A DNA stretch of 64,000 bases from an uncultured Planctomycetales bacterium (GCA_964354795.1 CAYHBB010000016.1:4084-68083), one strand, 5' to 3'. Shown: positions 1 to 8,915, counted from the stretch's first letter. Notes: generated by a model from the sequence alone, not told the origin. A program made the numbers and translations.

Positions 1-696
1 CTGGATACTTCCAAGCCCGGCATCTTTGAGCTTGCCAAGTATCCTGCGAGATAGGCTGGTGCCATTTGTCACTAAGGCCGCGTGCATCCTTAAAGATACG
101 CAGCGCGCTATCAATTCTATAAAGTTTTTGTTCAGCGTTGGTTCTCCCCCTGTAATTGTGCAACGCAAGACTCCCAAAGCGGATGCCTCCTCCAGGACTC
201 TTATAAATTCCTTGTAACTCAATTCATTTTTTGCTTGTTTAGATTCGGATCCCACAAAACAATAACAGCAATTCATATTACAACGATTGGTAAGATAAAG
301 GTCTAATTCCACAGGCCGGTCATACGGTATGCCGGTGTCCCAGGGATTACCCGATTGTATATAAGCCTGTTTCGCGAATATAACCGGATCCGGTAATTGT
401 ATAGGTTCGCGCAGTGGAGTACTTCTTAAATGCAAATAGTTCTTTGAAGACTCCTTTATGAAACCTTCCAGGCTATCTTTAGATATTTTCCGGCCATTAT
501 CAAGGGTTTGCGATAAATCAAAGATCTGGTTTTCCGAGAAGCGGCCGTTACAAAGCGAGATCAAAAAAGCATAGCGCGCCTCCAATGGAAGGTGCGAGCC
601 TGAACATAAATCCATCAAAATAGCGTAATCTTTGCACGGCACAAATGCCGTGGTCTTATTTAACACCGGAAAAGTTTCTTTCAGTTCAATTGCCAT
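1..696 (-). CDS. Radical SAM protein with N-terminal RRE/PqqD-like extension (3'-truncated by window edge)
   Basis: Not in ORF track because there is no stop in the window. Hand translation from ATG at 696: MAIELKETFPVLNK...ELDLYLTNRCNMNCCYCFVGS...TITGGEPT...LVTNG, i.e. CxxxCxxC and GGEP motifs. Confidence 0.9.
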   Translation of the reverse strand, partial: MAIELKETFPVLNKTTAFVPCKDYAILMDLCSGSHLPLEARYAFLISLCNGRFSENQIFDLSQTLDNGRKISKDSLEGFIKESSKNYLHLRSTPLREPIQLPDPVIFAKQAYIQSGNPWDTGIPYDRPVELDLYLTNRCNMNCCYCFVGSESKQAKNELSYKEFIRVLEEASALGVLRCTITGGEPTLNKNFIELIARCVSLRMHAALVTNGTSLSRRILGKLKDAGLGSIQ

Positions 697-704
697 ACGT
701 TTTT

Positions 705-2177
705 CTATTTACAGGCCAACACCGGATTATCCGAAAGTTTGACCTTCGGGCAGTGCGGATCAGGAGCAAACGGGTTATCTGAATAAAGCAAGGCGTAGGC
801 GTGGCAGCCGCCGCGGCAGTGGCTAAGGTGCCTGCATTCAAGACAGGTATCCGTCAATTCATCCTTCGGCGTATTTGCTATACGTTCCGCCTCCTGGCTA
901 TTCCATAAATCCTTTAGCGAAGTTTCCCGAATATTGCCTATTTTTAATGATTCCACGCTTGGCAGCAACTCGCACGGCCCAACATCACCGTTTGGCTGGA
1001 TAACCATGCTTGAAATAAATCCACCGCAGGTTGTGCAATGATCAGGAAGGTTTTTCCACTGCATAGGTTTCTTTAACCCTGTTCCCATGATTGTAACGCG
1101 ATGACCAAAATGTTCTTCTGCCTCATTAAGCCTGTTTAGACAATCTTTGCGCTGCGCGTCACTTAACAATAACTCCTTGCCTCCCCTGCCAAACGGCGCG
1201 TTTCCGTAAGGAGCGAAATCAACGATACGGACCCCTAAATCCAAGCAGGTTTCTATAATTTTTCCCGCAAATTTATAATTTAGCGGAATAACCACGGATT
1301 TGACCATTACCTCAATTCCTGCATCAGATAACTTACGGATATTATTTAAGACTATTTCAAATCCCTTTTGAATTCCTGTCATTTTGTAAAATAAATCTTC
1401 CTCAGCCGCATCAAGGCTCACTTGAATTCTTCTCAATCCCGGCTTGACTAAACCTTTTATTATTTCATCGTTTAAATATAATGCATTAGTGCTTATATAC
1501 GGGTATATGCCTCGTTCAAGTAACGCAGAAATAATCGGCAGAAAGCCTTCATGTAAAGTTGGTTCTCCGCCTGTCACAAAACAACGCACAACTCCCATGC
1601 CAGAGGCCTGCTCAACAATATTAAGCCAATCTTGTGTGTTCAATTCGGATTTGGCCTGGGTTCCTGCGCTGCGGAAACAATAAATGCAGCGCATATCGCA
1701 TTTCTGTGTTAATACTGCTACCAAAAACAAAGGGTTAGGACAGCGCCGGCCCTGAGGCGTCTTTCCATTTGTGGCTTCCTTAAGAATTAATTCCGGCGCG
1801 CATAAAGATTTGGTAGCGCCTGCCTGGGCAAGCGGACCTATTGCGAACATTTCTTTATCAAGGCATTTTTCAAATATAGGCCTTATTTCCTGTTTTGCCC
1901 TAGAGGGTGAAATTTTAAAGGCATAACTTACTATATCCAGAAGCTGCGATAAGCTAAATTTGCCATAGCAAAGACAAAGGGCAAACGCCTGCTCTATCGA
2001 AACTCGCAATTGAGCGCCTGTCCACTTATTGACTATCAGGCAATATTGCCCCCATTGTTTCAGGCATATATCTTTGGTTAATTGCGGAAAGGCTTCTTTG
2101 GGATTATCCCAATCAAGCATCGGCTTTGCCAATAAGTTCTTTTTTACTAATACAGCTGTTTCAGTATTACAAGGCAC
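705..2177 (-). CDS. Radical SAM/SPASM peptide maturase with N-terminal RRE-like domain
   Basis: CDMRCIYC, TGGEP, SPASM Cys pattern (CGG...GDVGPC...CLECRHLSHCRGGC...DPHC); ~140-aa N-terminal extension; AAGGAG RBS before GTG. Confidence 0.9.
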   Translation of the reverse strand: MPCNTETAVLVKKNLLAKPMLDWDNPKEAFPQLTKDICLKQWGQYCLIVNKWTGAQLRVSIEQAFALCLCYGKFSLSQLLDIVSYAFKISPSRAKQEIRPIFEKCLDKEMFAIGPLAQAGATKSLCAPELILKEATNGKTPQGRRCPNPLFLVAVLTQKCDMRCIYCFRSAGTQAKSELNTQDWLNIVEQASGMGVVRCFVTGGEPTLHEGFLPIISALLERGIYPYISTNALYLNDEIIKGLVKPGLRRIQVSLDAAEEDLFYKMTGIQKGFEIVLNNIRKLSDAGIEVMVKSVVIPLNYKFAGKIIETCLDLGVRIVDFAPYGNAPFGRGGKELLLSDAQRKDCLNRLNEAEEHFGHRVTIMGTGLKKPMQWKNLPDHCTTCGGFISSMVIQPNGDVGPCELLPSVESLKIGNIRETSLKDLWNSQEAERIANTPKDELTDTCLECRHLSHCRGGCHAYALLYSDNPFAPDPHCPKVKLSDNPVLACK

Positions 2178-2204
2178 TTTTGTTTAATCTCCTTACTTTT
2201 GATA

Positions 2205-2244
2205 ACATAAAGCCGGTGACATAATAAAGCCACCGGCTTTATGT
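2205..2244 (-). terminator. 14-bp stem-loop just downstream of the small precursor gene (attenuator or mRNA stabiliser)
   Basis: ACATAAAGCCGGTG (2205-2218) / CACCGGCTTTATGT (2231-2244), perfect inverted repeat. Confidence 0.6.
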
Positions 2245-2254
2245 ATCCTTATTT

Positions 2255-2431
2255 TTAGATATCTGTCCAAGCGATACATGGTGAACAGCCACCGTGTACT
2301 TCCTGACCTTCCACGCCTCCACGAGCCGCCTTCTTCATCATTGGAGCAGCTTTCCTGCGGAATTTTTTGAATTCCGTGGAGATTTTTTTCAGTTCTCTTT
2401 TAAGACACGCTACATCTTTCGCACTTGCCAT
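2255..2431 (-). CDS. Putative RiPP precursor, 58 aa (below ORF-track cutoff)
   Basis: MASAKDVACLKRELKKISTEFKKFRRKAAPMMKKAARGGVEGQEVHGGCSPCIAWTDI*; strong GGAGG RBS; shares VEGQ with neighbouring precursors. Confidence 0.8.
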   Translation of the reverse strand: MASAKDVACLKRELKKISTEFKKFRRKAAPMMKKAARGGVEGQEVHGGCSPCIAWTDI

Positions 2432-2479
2432 TTTTCCTCCCTCCTTTTTTAATTTTTGTTTACCTGCTTGTTAATTTAA

Positions 2480-2911
2480 TTATCCGCGCAGCGAGCAAGC
2501 GTTGGGACAGGTCCAAGGAAATCTCCATGGCTCCCACCATTCTTGCCCTTCCACGCCCAGTGTTTCAGCTTTCCAGGCCAAGGCAGCCTTTTTAAGCTCT
2601 TTCCTATCCCTGACCGCAAAGATTGACAGCATGCTTTTAGGTACCTTATAGAATATACCGCCCTTATCCATTGCCAGGATTGAAGGCTCTGCCTTGGCTG
2701 TGCCTTTGGGCCTTTGGGGAATAGCTATGTGCCAGGTCTTTGGGGTTTCTTCGATGACAATAATCTTGGCTCCGGGACTGAATTTAACCTTAAGCTCTTT
2801 TTCAATGGTAGCCTTGGGGTTTTTGATCAGACGCCTGCGAAAGGCCTTGTCTTTGTTCGCCTTCGCAACAAGATGCGATTCAGCAGCAAAACGCGAGGTG
2901 TTCCTTGCCAT
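2480..2911 (-). CDS. NHLP-leader RiPP precursor 2 (143 aa), core EWWEPWRFPWTCPNACSLRG
   Basis: Start reassigned to MARNTSRF (AAGGAGG RBS); NHLP-type motif KAxKDxAFRxxLIxNPKAxIE...IIVIEET...IAIP. Confidence 0.85.
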   Translation of the reverse strand: MARNTSRFAAESHLVAKANKDKAFRRRLIKNPKATIEKELKVKFSPGAKIIVIEETPKTWHIAIPQRPKGTAKAEPSILAMDKGGIFYKVPKSMLSIFAVRDRKELKKAALAWKAETLGVEGQEWWEPWRFPWTCPNACSLRG

Positions 2912-3794
2912 TCTTAGCCTCCTTTGTTTTTCCGTATGAGATAGGTACGCCAAATAGCTGGACAGCCTCAAACTGCATGCCGTAACAACGCCTTTTAAAT
3001 TGGCATTGCAGACATGGCTGGCCTCCTATCCGGTTATAATGACTTCCTACTCCGTCAAACGCCAGTTCCGCCCCTTCTGGAACATGTAATTCCTCCGCTA
3101 CTTTAAAATTCCTGCCTAAAAGGCAAAAAGGGATCAGTTCAGATCTCAAAGGAACGCGCCTAGATTTACCTAAAAGCGAAACTATCACCTTGATCACCTC
3201 TTCGTATTCCGGGATCAGTTCGCTATGTTTTAAAATATCTCCCATCAAAGCAGGATAAGTTATCCTGTGATTTAAGGCATCCGGGAATCGCTCTTGGACC
3301 AATAGGTGTATTGCCGGTATATCGCGCATGTTGGAGTTGACCGCAACCGTGTTAATGATTGTTTTTACTCCTAATTCAAGGGCATTTTCAATCCCCGCTA
3401 AAGCCTCCTCAAAATGCCTTGTTCCTACTATCCTGTTATGGATATCTGCGCAAGAACCATGTAGCGAAAGCATGGCGCTGTGCAAGCCATGCTGCGAAAG
3501 CTCCTTGGCGAATTTTTTGTCGCAAAAACGAGTTGCGTTGGAAAAAAAGCTGATCCTCTTAAATCCCTTCTTTACAGCCGCATCCATGATCTCGAATATT
3601 TGCGGATGCAAAGTAGGTTCTCCCCCGCTTAACACAATAGTATCGCAGTTGCACAGCGACTTTGCTTTATTAAGGTTGCGCCTAATCTCCCGCAGCGGCC
3701 GATGGAAACAATTTCTTCTCCGGCCTATATAACAGAAACTGCACCGCTGATTGCAATGCGTGGTGATATTTAAAAAAACCTGATTATAGCGCAT
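2880..3794 (-). CDS. Radical SAM protein with short C-terminal Cys cluster (HxsC-like/twitch type)
   Basis: CNQRCSFC, SGGEP, IPFCLL...CLQCQFKRRCYG; start reassigned to MRYNQ just after the upstream precursor stop. Confidence 0.85.
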   Translation of the reverse strand: MRYNQVFLNITTHCNQRCSFCYIGRRRNCFHRPLREIRRNLNKAKSLCNCDTIVLSGGEPTLHPQIFEIMDAAVKKGFKRISFFSNATRFCDKKFAKELSQHGLHSAMLSLHGSCADIHNRIVGTRHFEEALAGIENALELGVKTIINTVAVNSNMRDIPAIHLLVQERFPDALNHRITYPALMGDILKHSELIPEYEEVIKVIVSLLGKSRRVPLRSELIPFCLLGRNFKVAEELHVPEGAELAFDGVGSHYNRIGGQPCLQCQFKRRCYGMQFEAVQLFGVPISYGKTKEAKNGKEHLAFCC

Positions 3795-3802
3795 AATACC
3801 TT

Positions 3803-4234
3803 TTATCCGCGAATCCCGCAAGTGGGATAAGCCCAAGGACGATTCCATGGAGATTCCCACCATCCTTGCCCTTCCACATCAGGTGTTTCAGCTTTCCAGG
3901 CCCTAGCAGCGCTTTTAAGTTCTTTCCTGCCCCTGACTGCAAAGATTGACAGCATGCCTTGGGGAACCTTATAGAAAATACCTCCTTTATCCTTTACCAG
4001 GATTGAAGGCTCTGCCTTGGCTGTGCCTTTGGGCCTTTGGGGAATAGCTATGTGCCAGGTCTTTGGGGTTTCTTCGATGACAATAATCTTGGCTCCGGGA
4101 CTGAATTTGACCTTAAGCTCTTTTTCAATGGTAGCCTTGGGGTTTTTGATCAGACGCCTGCGAAAAGCCTTGTCTTTGTTCGCCTTTACGACAAGCTGCG
4201 ATTCAGCAGCAAAACGCGAGATGTTCTTTGGCAT
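3803..4234 (-). CDS. NHLP-leader RiPP precursor 1 (143 aa), core GWWESPWNRPWAYPTCGIRG
   Basis: Start reassigned to MPKNISRF (AAGGAG RBS); near-identical paralogue of 2480-2911. Confidence 0.85.
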   Translation of the reverse strand: MPKNISRFAAESQLVVKANKDKAFRRRLIKNPKATIEKELKVKFSPGAKIIVIEETPKTWHIAIPQRPKGTAKAEPSILVKDKGGIFYKVPQGMLSIFAVRGRKELKSAARAWKAETPDVEGQGWWESPWNRPWAYPTCGIRG

Positions 4235-4253
4235 TTTTAGTCTCCTTTCTAAA

Positions 4254-5642
4254 TTAATTGTCACTATACTCAAGCATTAACCTTTTCTCTATGTTATATT
4301 TAAATGTCGGGCATGGCGCGTCGCATTCAAGCCAGCGCCTTGGACATGCACCGCCGCATAATGGCAAGACTCTGCAGGTCCCGCAAGGAACTTCTCCCTG
4401 CTCTATGCGATCATTAAATCCGGATAAAAGAACCCGATTCCCCGGATTTTTGCCGCCGGATAATGACCCTATAGAAAAAATATTCCTGCCTGTTCCATTT
4501 TTAGAACTTGACCCTGCTGGCTTTTCATACATCTGAGAGATTACGTCCGCGCAGTTAAACAGATTGCCAAAAGCATCCACTACCTCTGATGACGCATCTA
4601 TCGCAAAGCAAGCCTTCTTCAGGCGATGCGGGATAAGGTTTATGTTTTGTAATCCGAGATGCTTCATCTGTTCGAGCCATTTAATTTCCCGCGAAGCGAT
4701 CTCCTCTGTTTTGCCAAAAATTCTGTCAGTTAAGCTGCCCCGATCATGCACAGGTATTATAGAAAAACCGTTTAGCCGTTTAAAAACGGCCTTATCCGCC
4801 AGTTCCCGCATCAAGGCGGAAACTCCTTCATAATTGCGATGGTCAACATTACACCGTACCTGGATCTTCATTTTAGATTTTTCATTACGCGCAATCGCGA
4901 TCACATTTTTAAGGATTTTGCCAAATGTCGGCATCCCATTCTTTCCGCATCTTCTCTTATCGTGATACAATTTCGAGCCATCAAGCGTCACTTCGGCAAG
5001 AGTAATGCCGCATTCTCTCGACAGTTCTGCGGCAATTTTGGGGGTAAAAAGCAGGCCATTGGTCATAATATCAGAGATATAATCACACTCAAATTCTCTG
5101 GCCAAGGACATAAACTTCGGGCTCATTTTCCGGATAACATCCAAAGCCAATAAAGGCTCCGCCCCGGTCCAACAGACTTTTAGTTCCCGGTATGGATGCC
5201 TTTCTAATTTGTTTCGCACCCGCTTTAAAAAAAGTTTCTGATTAGCGCTGCTTATTTTTTTTTTCTTGTGCGCCTGGCCGCAGTAGGAACAATCAAACTG
5301 GCAATCTGCCGAAGGCAACACCCCAAAAGCAAGCCTATGGCTATTTACAATGACCTGATGATTCTCCTTCAAGACAGATGCCAATTCATCTTCATCTAAG
5401 CTAACTATAATCTTGGATGCTTTTAACGCCTCCATTAAGCCGTGGGATAACGAATCAAAATCCCCGGTATAGATATGCTCCCACTGCTTGGCAGTTACAA
5501 TTTTAACTGCATCGGTTCTCGTTGCAAAAATAATGCGTTTCTCTTGTCTTTCCAAAGGGCTGAAAAATTTATCCGTTACTATGAGATAGCGCGAGAGTTT
5601 ATAATTGCCTATATCGCGATTTACTCTTAACGCAGTAATCAT
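4254..5642 (-). CDS. Radical SAM/SPASM maturase
   Basis: CQFDCSYCGQAH, WTGAEP, SPASM C...GNLFNC...CGTCRVLPLCGGAC...CP; ATGA overlap with S8 gene; from memory resembles the TIGR04463-type family (unverified). Confidence 0.88.
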   Translation of the reverse strand: MITALRVNRDIGNYKLSRYLIVTDKFFSPLERQEKRIIFATRTDAVKIVTAKQWEHIYTGDFDSLSHGLMEALKASKIIVSLDEDELASVLKENHQVIVNSHRLAFGVLPSADCQFDCSYCGQAHKKKKISSANQKLFLKRVRNKLERHPYRELKVCWTGAEPLLALDVIRKMSPKFMSLAREFECDYISDIMTNGLLFTPKIAAELSRECGITLAEVTLDGSKLYHDKRRCGKNGMPTFGKILKNVIAIARNEKSKMKIQVRCNVDHRNYEGVSALMRELADKAVFKRLNGFSIIPVHDRGSLTDRIFGKTEEIASREIKWLEQMKHLGLQNINLIPHRLKKACFAIDASSEVVDAFGNLFNCADVISQMYEKPAGSSSKNGTGRNIFSIGSLSGGKNPGNRVLLSGFNDRIEQGEVPCGTCRVLPLCGGACPRRWLECDAPCPTFKYNIEKRLMLEYSDN

Positions 5643-6433
5643 TCTATGTTTACATGCCTTTTTAAAATGGAAAATTTATCAAGCACCGCTTTTACCTGGC
5701 AGCTTCGGATATCAGGAAAAACACTGAGCAAAAGAGCTGCTATTCCGGTTATGTGCGGCGTGGCAAAACTAGTTCCTGAGCTGCGATGATATTCCCCATT
5801 CAGATACACCAGCTCCAGATCCTGGCCCCTTGCGCCGTATTGAATCCTATTTTTTAAATAACGCGTTACTTTATATTTATCTTCGTAATCTTCGCAATCC
5901 ACGCTTATAACAGAGGAAAACATCGCCGGATATCCTAAGGGCCCGAAGTTTCGTTTTGAGACAACCAAAATAGTATCCTGAACATAGGCTTGTTCGCATA
6001 AATCAAAAAGCGCCGGAACGAATTTTTCGTTTATGGTAGCCAAGCTCATATTGATGAGCTTAAATTTTTTATCCAGCGCCCAACGCAACCCTGCTATTAA
6101 GGCCTCGCCTGAGCCTGTATTATTTTCTCCGAGGACTTTTACGCTTGTTATTTCTACATCAGGAGCTAAGTCTAAGATTATTCCCGCAACGCCGCTGCCG
6201 TGGCCGAATGAGTCAGAACTTTTTTTGCCCGGGATTCCCTGGCATCTGATTTTGCCATTATGGTCATGGACGACGCAGGCTCGTTTTACTTTTCCGCGCA
6301 GAGCCGGATGTGATGCGTCAACACCGCTGTCAATAATAGCTACCTTTACTCCCTTACCGGTACTATTGCTAACTAGCCATTTTATATTTAAGCGAGGATT
6401 TATAAGTGGCAGGATGTGAGCCTTGGTTTTCAC
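5639..6433 (-). CDS. Minimal cytoplasmic S8 (subtilase) serine peptidase
   Basis: Catalytic triad motifs IIDSG, HGSGVAG, GTSFATPH; no signal peptide or long propeptide. Confidence 0.92.
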   Translation of the reverse strand: MKTKAHILPLINPRLNIKWLVSNSTGKGVKVAIIDSGVDASHPALRGKVKRACVVHDHNGKIRCQGIPGKKSSDSFGHGSGVAGIILDLAPDVEITSVKVLGENNTGSGEALIAGLRWALDKKFKLINMSLATINEKFVPALFDLCEQAYVQDTILVVSKRNFGPLGYPAMFSSVISVDCEDYEDKYKVTRYLKNRIQYGARGQDLELVYLNGEYHRSSGTSFATPHITGIAALLLSVFPDIRSCQVKAVLDKFSILKRHVNIE

Positions 6434-6436
6434 TGC

Positions 6437-7174
6437 TTATTTTCCTTCTCGCAAGCTGCCCTTCCAACTCAGCTCGCCGGCAATCCGGCCGATAATCTCA
6501 ACTAAATCCGCGCAAAGCGGCATTAAATCTTTCCGCTTTTGAGAAAGGTTCCCAAGATTGCGCGCAATATCCACAGCTGCTTTGTCAGAACGCTTTAAAA
6601 ACTTAACCCCGCCCTTTTTTCCCAAAAGCATATTGCGCACAGCTTCCTCGCGCCTGAGCTGGCGTATAACCATTCCGCAGAGCTGGGAAAAACGGCTGTA
6701 AAGCTTTACATCTTGGCTTGAAAAAACTCGGCCCTTTTTAAAGGTAACTGCTGTAATTACTCCAATAACTTCACCTTCAACAAGCATCGGAGCGGCTAAC
6801 ACAGCTTCGGGTTCATTTGGATGCTTCTTTTCATAATCTGCCTGTTTTACGCCGTGATAAGTAGGAGCACCCGTCTGAGGCTCTCCTGTTGACGCGGCTA
6901 ATCCGGTAATTCCTTTGTGCATTGAAAAACGCTGCCCCTTAAGGCGCTGCTGGACTTCATGCTCGCCGATAGTAATCATAAATTCCAGTTCCTGCCTTTT
7001 CTTATCCAACAAGAGCAACGAACCTTCGTCGGCGCTCATCATCCCTACTCCTATTTCCATAATAAGGCGAAGAAGCTCATCGTCTTTTAATTCTTCCCCG
7101 AAGGATAGATACGCGGCAAGCGCCACAAGATTCTTAAATGGAAGCTCTTTTCTTGATGCTTTTTTCTTAACCAT
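6437..7174 (-). CDS. Stand-alone GAF-domain protein
   Basis: ADEGSLLLLD...LEF...GITGLAASTGEP...VLAAPMLVEGEVIGVI...FSSQD GAF pattern; no output domain visible. Confidence 0.85.
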   Translation of the reverse strand: MVKKKASRKELPFKNLVALAAYLSFGEELKDDELLRLIMEIGVGMMSADEGSLLLLDKKRQELEFMITIGEHEVQQRLKGQRFSMHKGITGLAASTGEPQTGAPTYHGVKQADYEKKHPNEPEAVLAAPMLVEGEVIGVITAVTFKKGRVFSSQDVKLYSRFSQLCGMVIRQLRREEAVRNMLLGKKGGVKFLKRSDKAAVDIARNLGNLSQKRKDLMPLCADLVEIIGRIAGELSWKGSLREGK

Positions 7175-7468
7175 ATATTCTTTCCCTTTTTACTAGCGTT
7201 TATAATTTATAATACATTTTGCCTATCTTTATTTTACAATATGGGATTAAAGAGGATCTGCCATAACGGCAGTGCCATAGCACAACACTTCTGATTAAGC
7301 GCAGATAACTCTATTATAAGACAACTAGCTAAAATCTCAACCATAATTGTATAAACAGATATAGCCATACATACGTGGTAATGAATTTACGAGCCATTGC
7401 TGCATGTCTCTGTTGACTACAAACGTATGTACTGCGTTTGTTGAGAAATGGTGATCTGAATATCTGAA

Positions 7469-8878
7469 TTATTTTTTGGAAGGAACCAGGAACACTACCT
7501 CTCCCTCTCCTTCGAGACGACCGTACTGCGGCGTCTGCAGATTGTCCGAGGCACGCGAGACCTGAGGCATGAGGTAGGCGCCAAGCTCCGAGGCGGTCAC
7601 CACCCCATCGTTGTCCCGGTCAGCCTCCCCGTCAATCCCTTGCAAAAAATATTGCGTGAAGAGACCGTGCCCATCAAGTTCGACGACCTGCTCCGCTTTA
7701 CCACCCGCGGTGATCATCTGCACCGAACGTAACGACGTGATCTTCTGGATGTAGCCGTTGATCCCCGGATCCACGCCTAAGGCCCGGGTGAACCCTAGAC
7801 CAGAATAACAGGCGTCCATCGCATACAGGATGTGCTTGGCCGGAATCCGCTCGGATATATCACGCACCTGCTGCATGGAGATGGCCGTCGTAAAATAGTT
7901 GGTGATATCACCGTCGACCGGAATAATGTAACCCTTCTCTTTCCCGTCGGGCATGGATTCGGTCTGTCCGTGGCCAGCAAAGAAAATTAGCACACGATCA
8001 TCCGGCCCGACGTTTTTGGGAAGTTCGGACCCGAGCACGGTCAGAATGCGTTCCCGAGTCGCTTCTTTATCCAGTATCTCGATGACCTCATCGAAACCGA
8101 TCTCTCTAAGCTTCTTCGCAACGACCTGCGCATCGTTTGCCGCATACTCCAGCGGCGGCCAGAGATCGTATTTGTTGATCCCGATCACGACCGCCCAGCT
8201 TTTGCGGTAGAAACTCCCGGCTTTAAGCTCGGCGGGTTCCGCGGACGACTCCGCTGTTCTAACGACAGATGCCGGTAAGCTACGCCGCTGGGCAAAGGAA
8301 GTCATCAGTTCAGACTTGTCCAGGCCGCTCTCGAACTGCTTGAACGCTGGCCCCAGCGCCGCATCGAAGCCATAGCTAAAGGAAACATACGCCGGTGTCG
8401 AGAGCCCGCTGCCTTTAATGGTGTCAATAATGTGCCCCTGCCGATTCGTAAAGGTGCTGGTGATGTCCACCGTGGTGTTCTGGTCGACTTTTTGGCAGAT
8501 CGTACAGCGATAATCAAATGCAAGGATCAGATCCACGTCGGATTTGACCGCATCGTCCATGCTGGCAAACTTCGTCACGCGTTTGAAACGCGACTGAATG
8601 ATTTTGTTCAATCCTTGAGTCACCTTTTTCGGATCGCACTTTTCGAGGAACGGAACAAAGACTCTGTGCCCGTGACGCATATGTTTTCTCATGTAGTCGA
8701 AAGCTTGTTCCGTGTTCTCGGTGTACACCAGTCCAAGATGGATACTCGCTAATGGACCGCCCTGCCCGTAGACCGCTCCTGGTACGACAACTTGTTCCTT
8801 ATAGCTTGGCGTTGCGAGGCATCCAAAGAGAGAAAAACAGGCAATAGTAATAAGCCAATAAAATTTTTGTAAGTTCAT
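7469..8878 (-). CDS. Lipoprotein with C-terminal caspase-like (peptidase C14) domain
   Basis: Start reassigned to MNLQKF with lipobox FSLFGC; AVVIGINKY, FAGHG and DACYSG catalytic dyad, QTPQY. Confidence 0.85.
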   Translation of the reverse strand: MNLQKFYWLITIACFSLFGCLATPSYKEQVVVPGAVYGQGGPLASIHLGLVYTENTEQAFDYMRKHMRHGHRVFVPFLEKCDPKKVTQGLNKIIQSRFKRVTKFASMDDAVKSDVDLILAFDYRCTICQKVDQNTTVDITSTFTNRQGHIIDTIKGSGLSTPAYVSFSYGFDAALGPAFKQFESGLDKSELMTSFAQRRSLPASVVRTAESSAEPAELKAGSFYRKSWAVVIGINKYDLWPPLEYAANDAQVVAKKLREIGFDEVIEILDKEATRERILTVLGSELPKNVGPDDRVLIFFAGHGQTESMPDGKEKGYIIPVDGDITNYFTTAISMQQVRDISERIPAKHILYAMDACYSGLGFTRALGVDPGINGYIQKITSLRSVQMITAGGKAEQVVELDGHGLFTQYFLQGIDGEADRDNDGVVTASELGAYLMPQVSRASDNLQTPQYGRLEGEGEVVFLVPSKK

Positions 8879-8915
8879 GGGTTTTGTCTCCTCATTGCCT
8901 TGTGATACGTTTGTA

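Larger units (their letters stand above)
2480..4234. repeat. ~430-bp direct repeat: duplicated precursor gene at 2480-2911 and 3803-4234
   Basis: Long near-identical nucleotide runs in the leader (about 2676-2898 vs 3999-4221); divergence concentrated in the core. Confidence 0.9.

Noticed and set aside
2480-4234. Nitrile hydratase alpha subunit genes
   Set aside because: The metal-binding CxxCSC motif and a beta subunit are absent; only the leader-like NHLP portion is present.
2694-4280. Duplicated + strand ORFs (2694-2939/4017-4280 and 2714-2917/4037-4240)
   Set aside because: Antisense shadows of the duplicated NHLP precursor genes; their similarity is explained by the DNA repeat.
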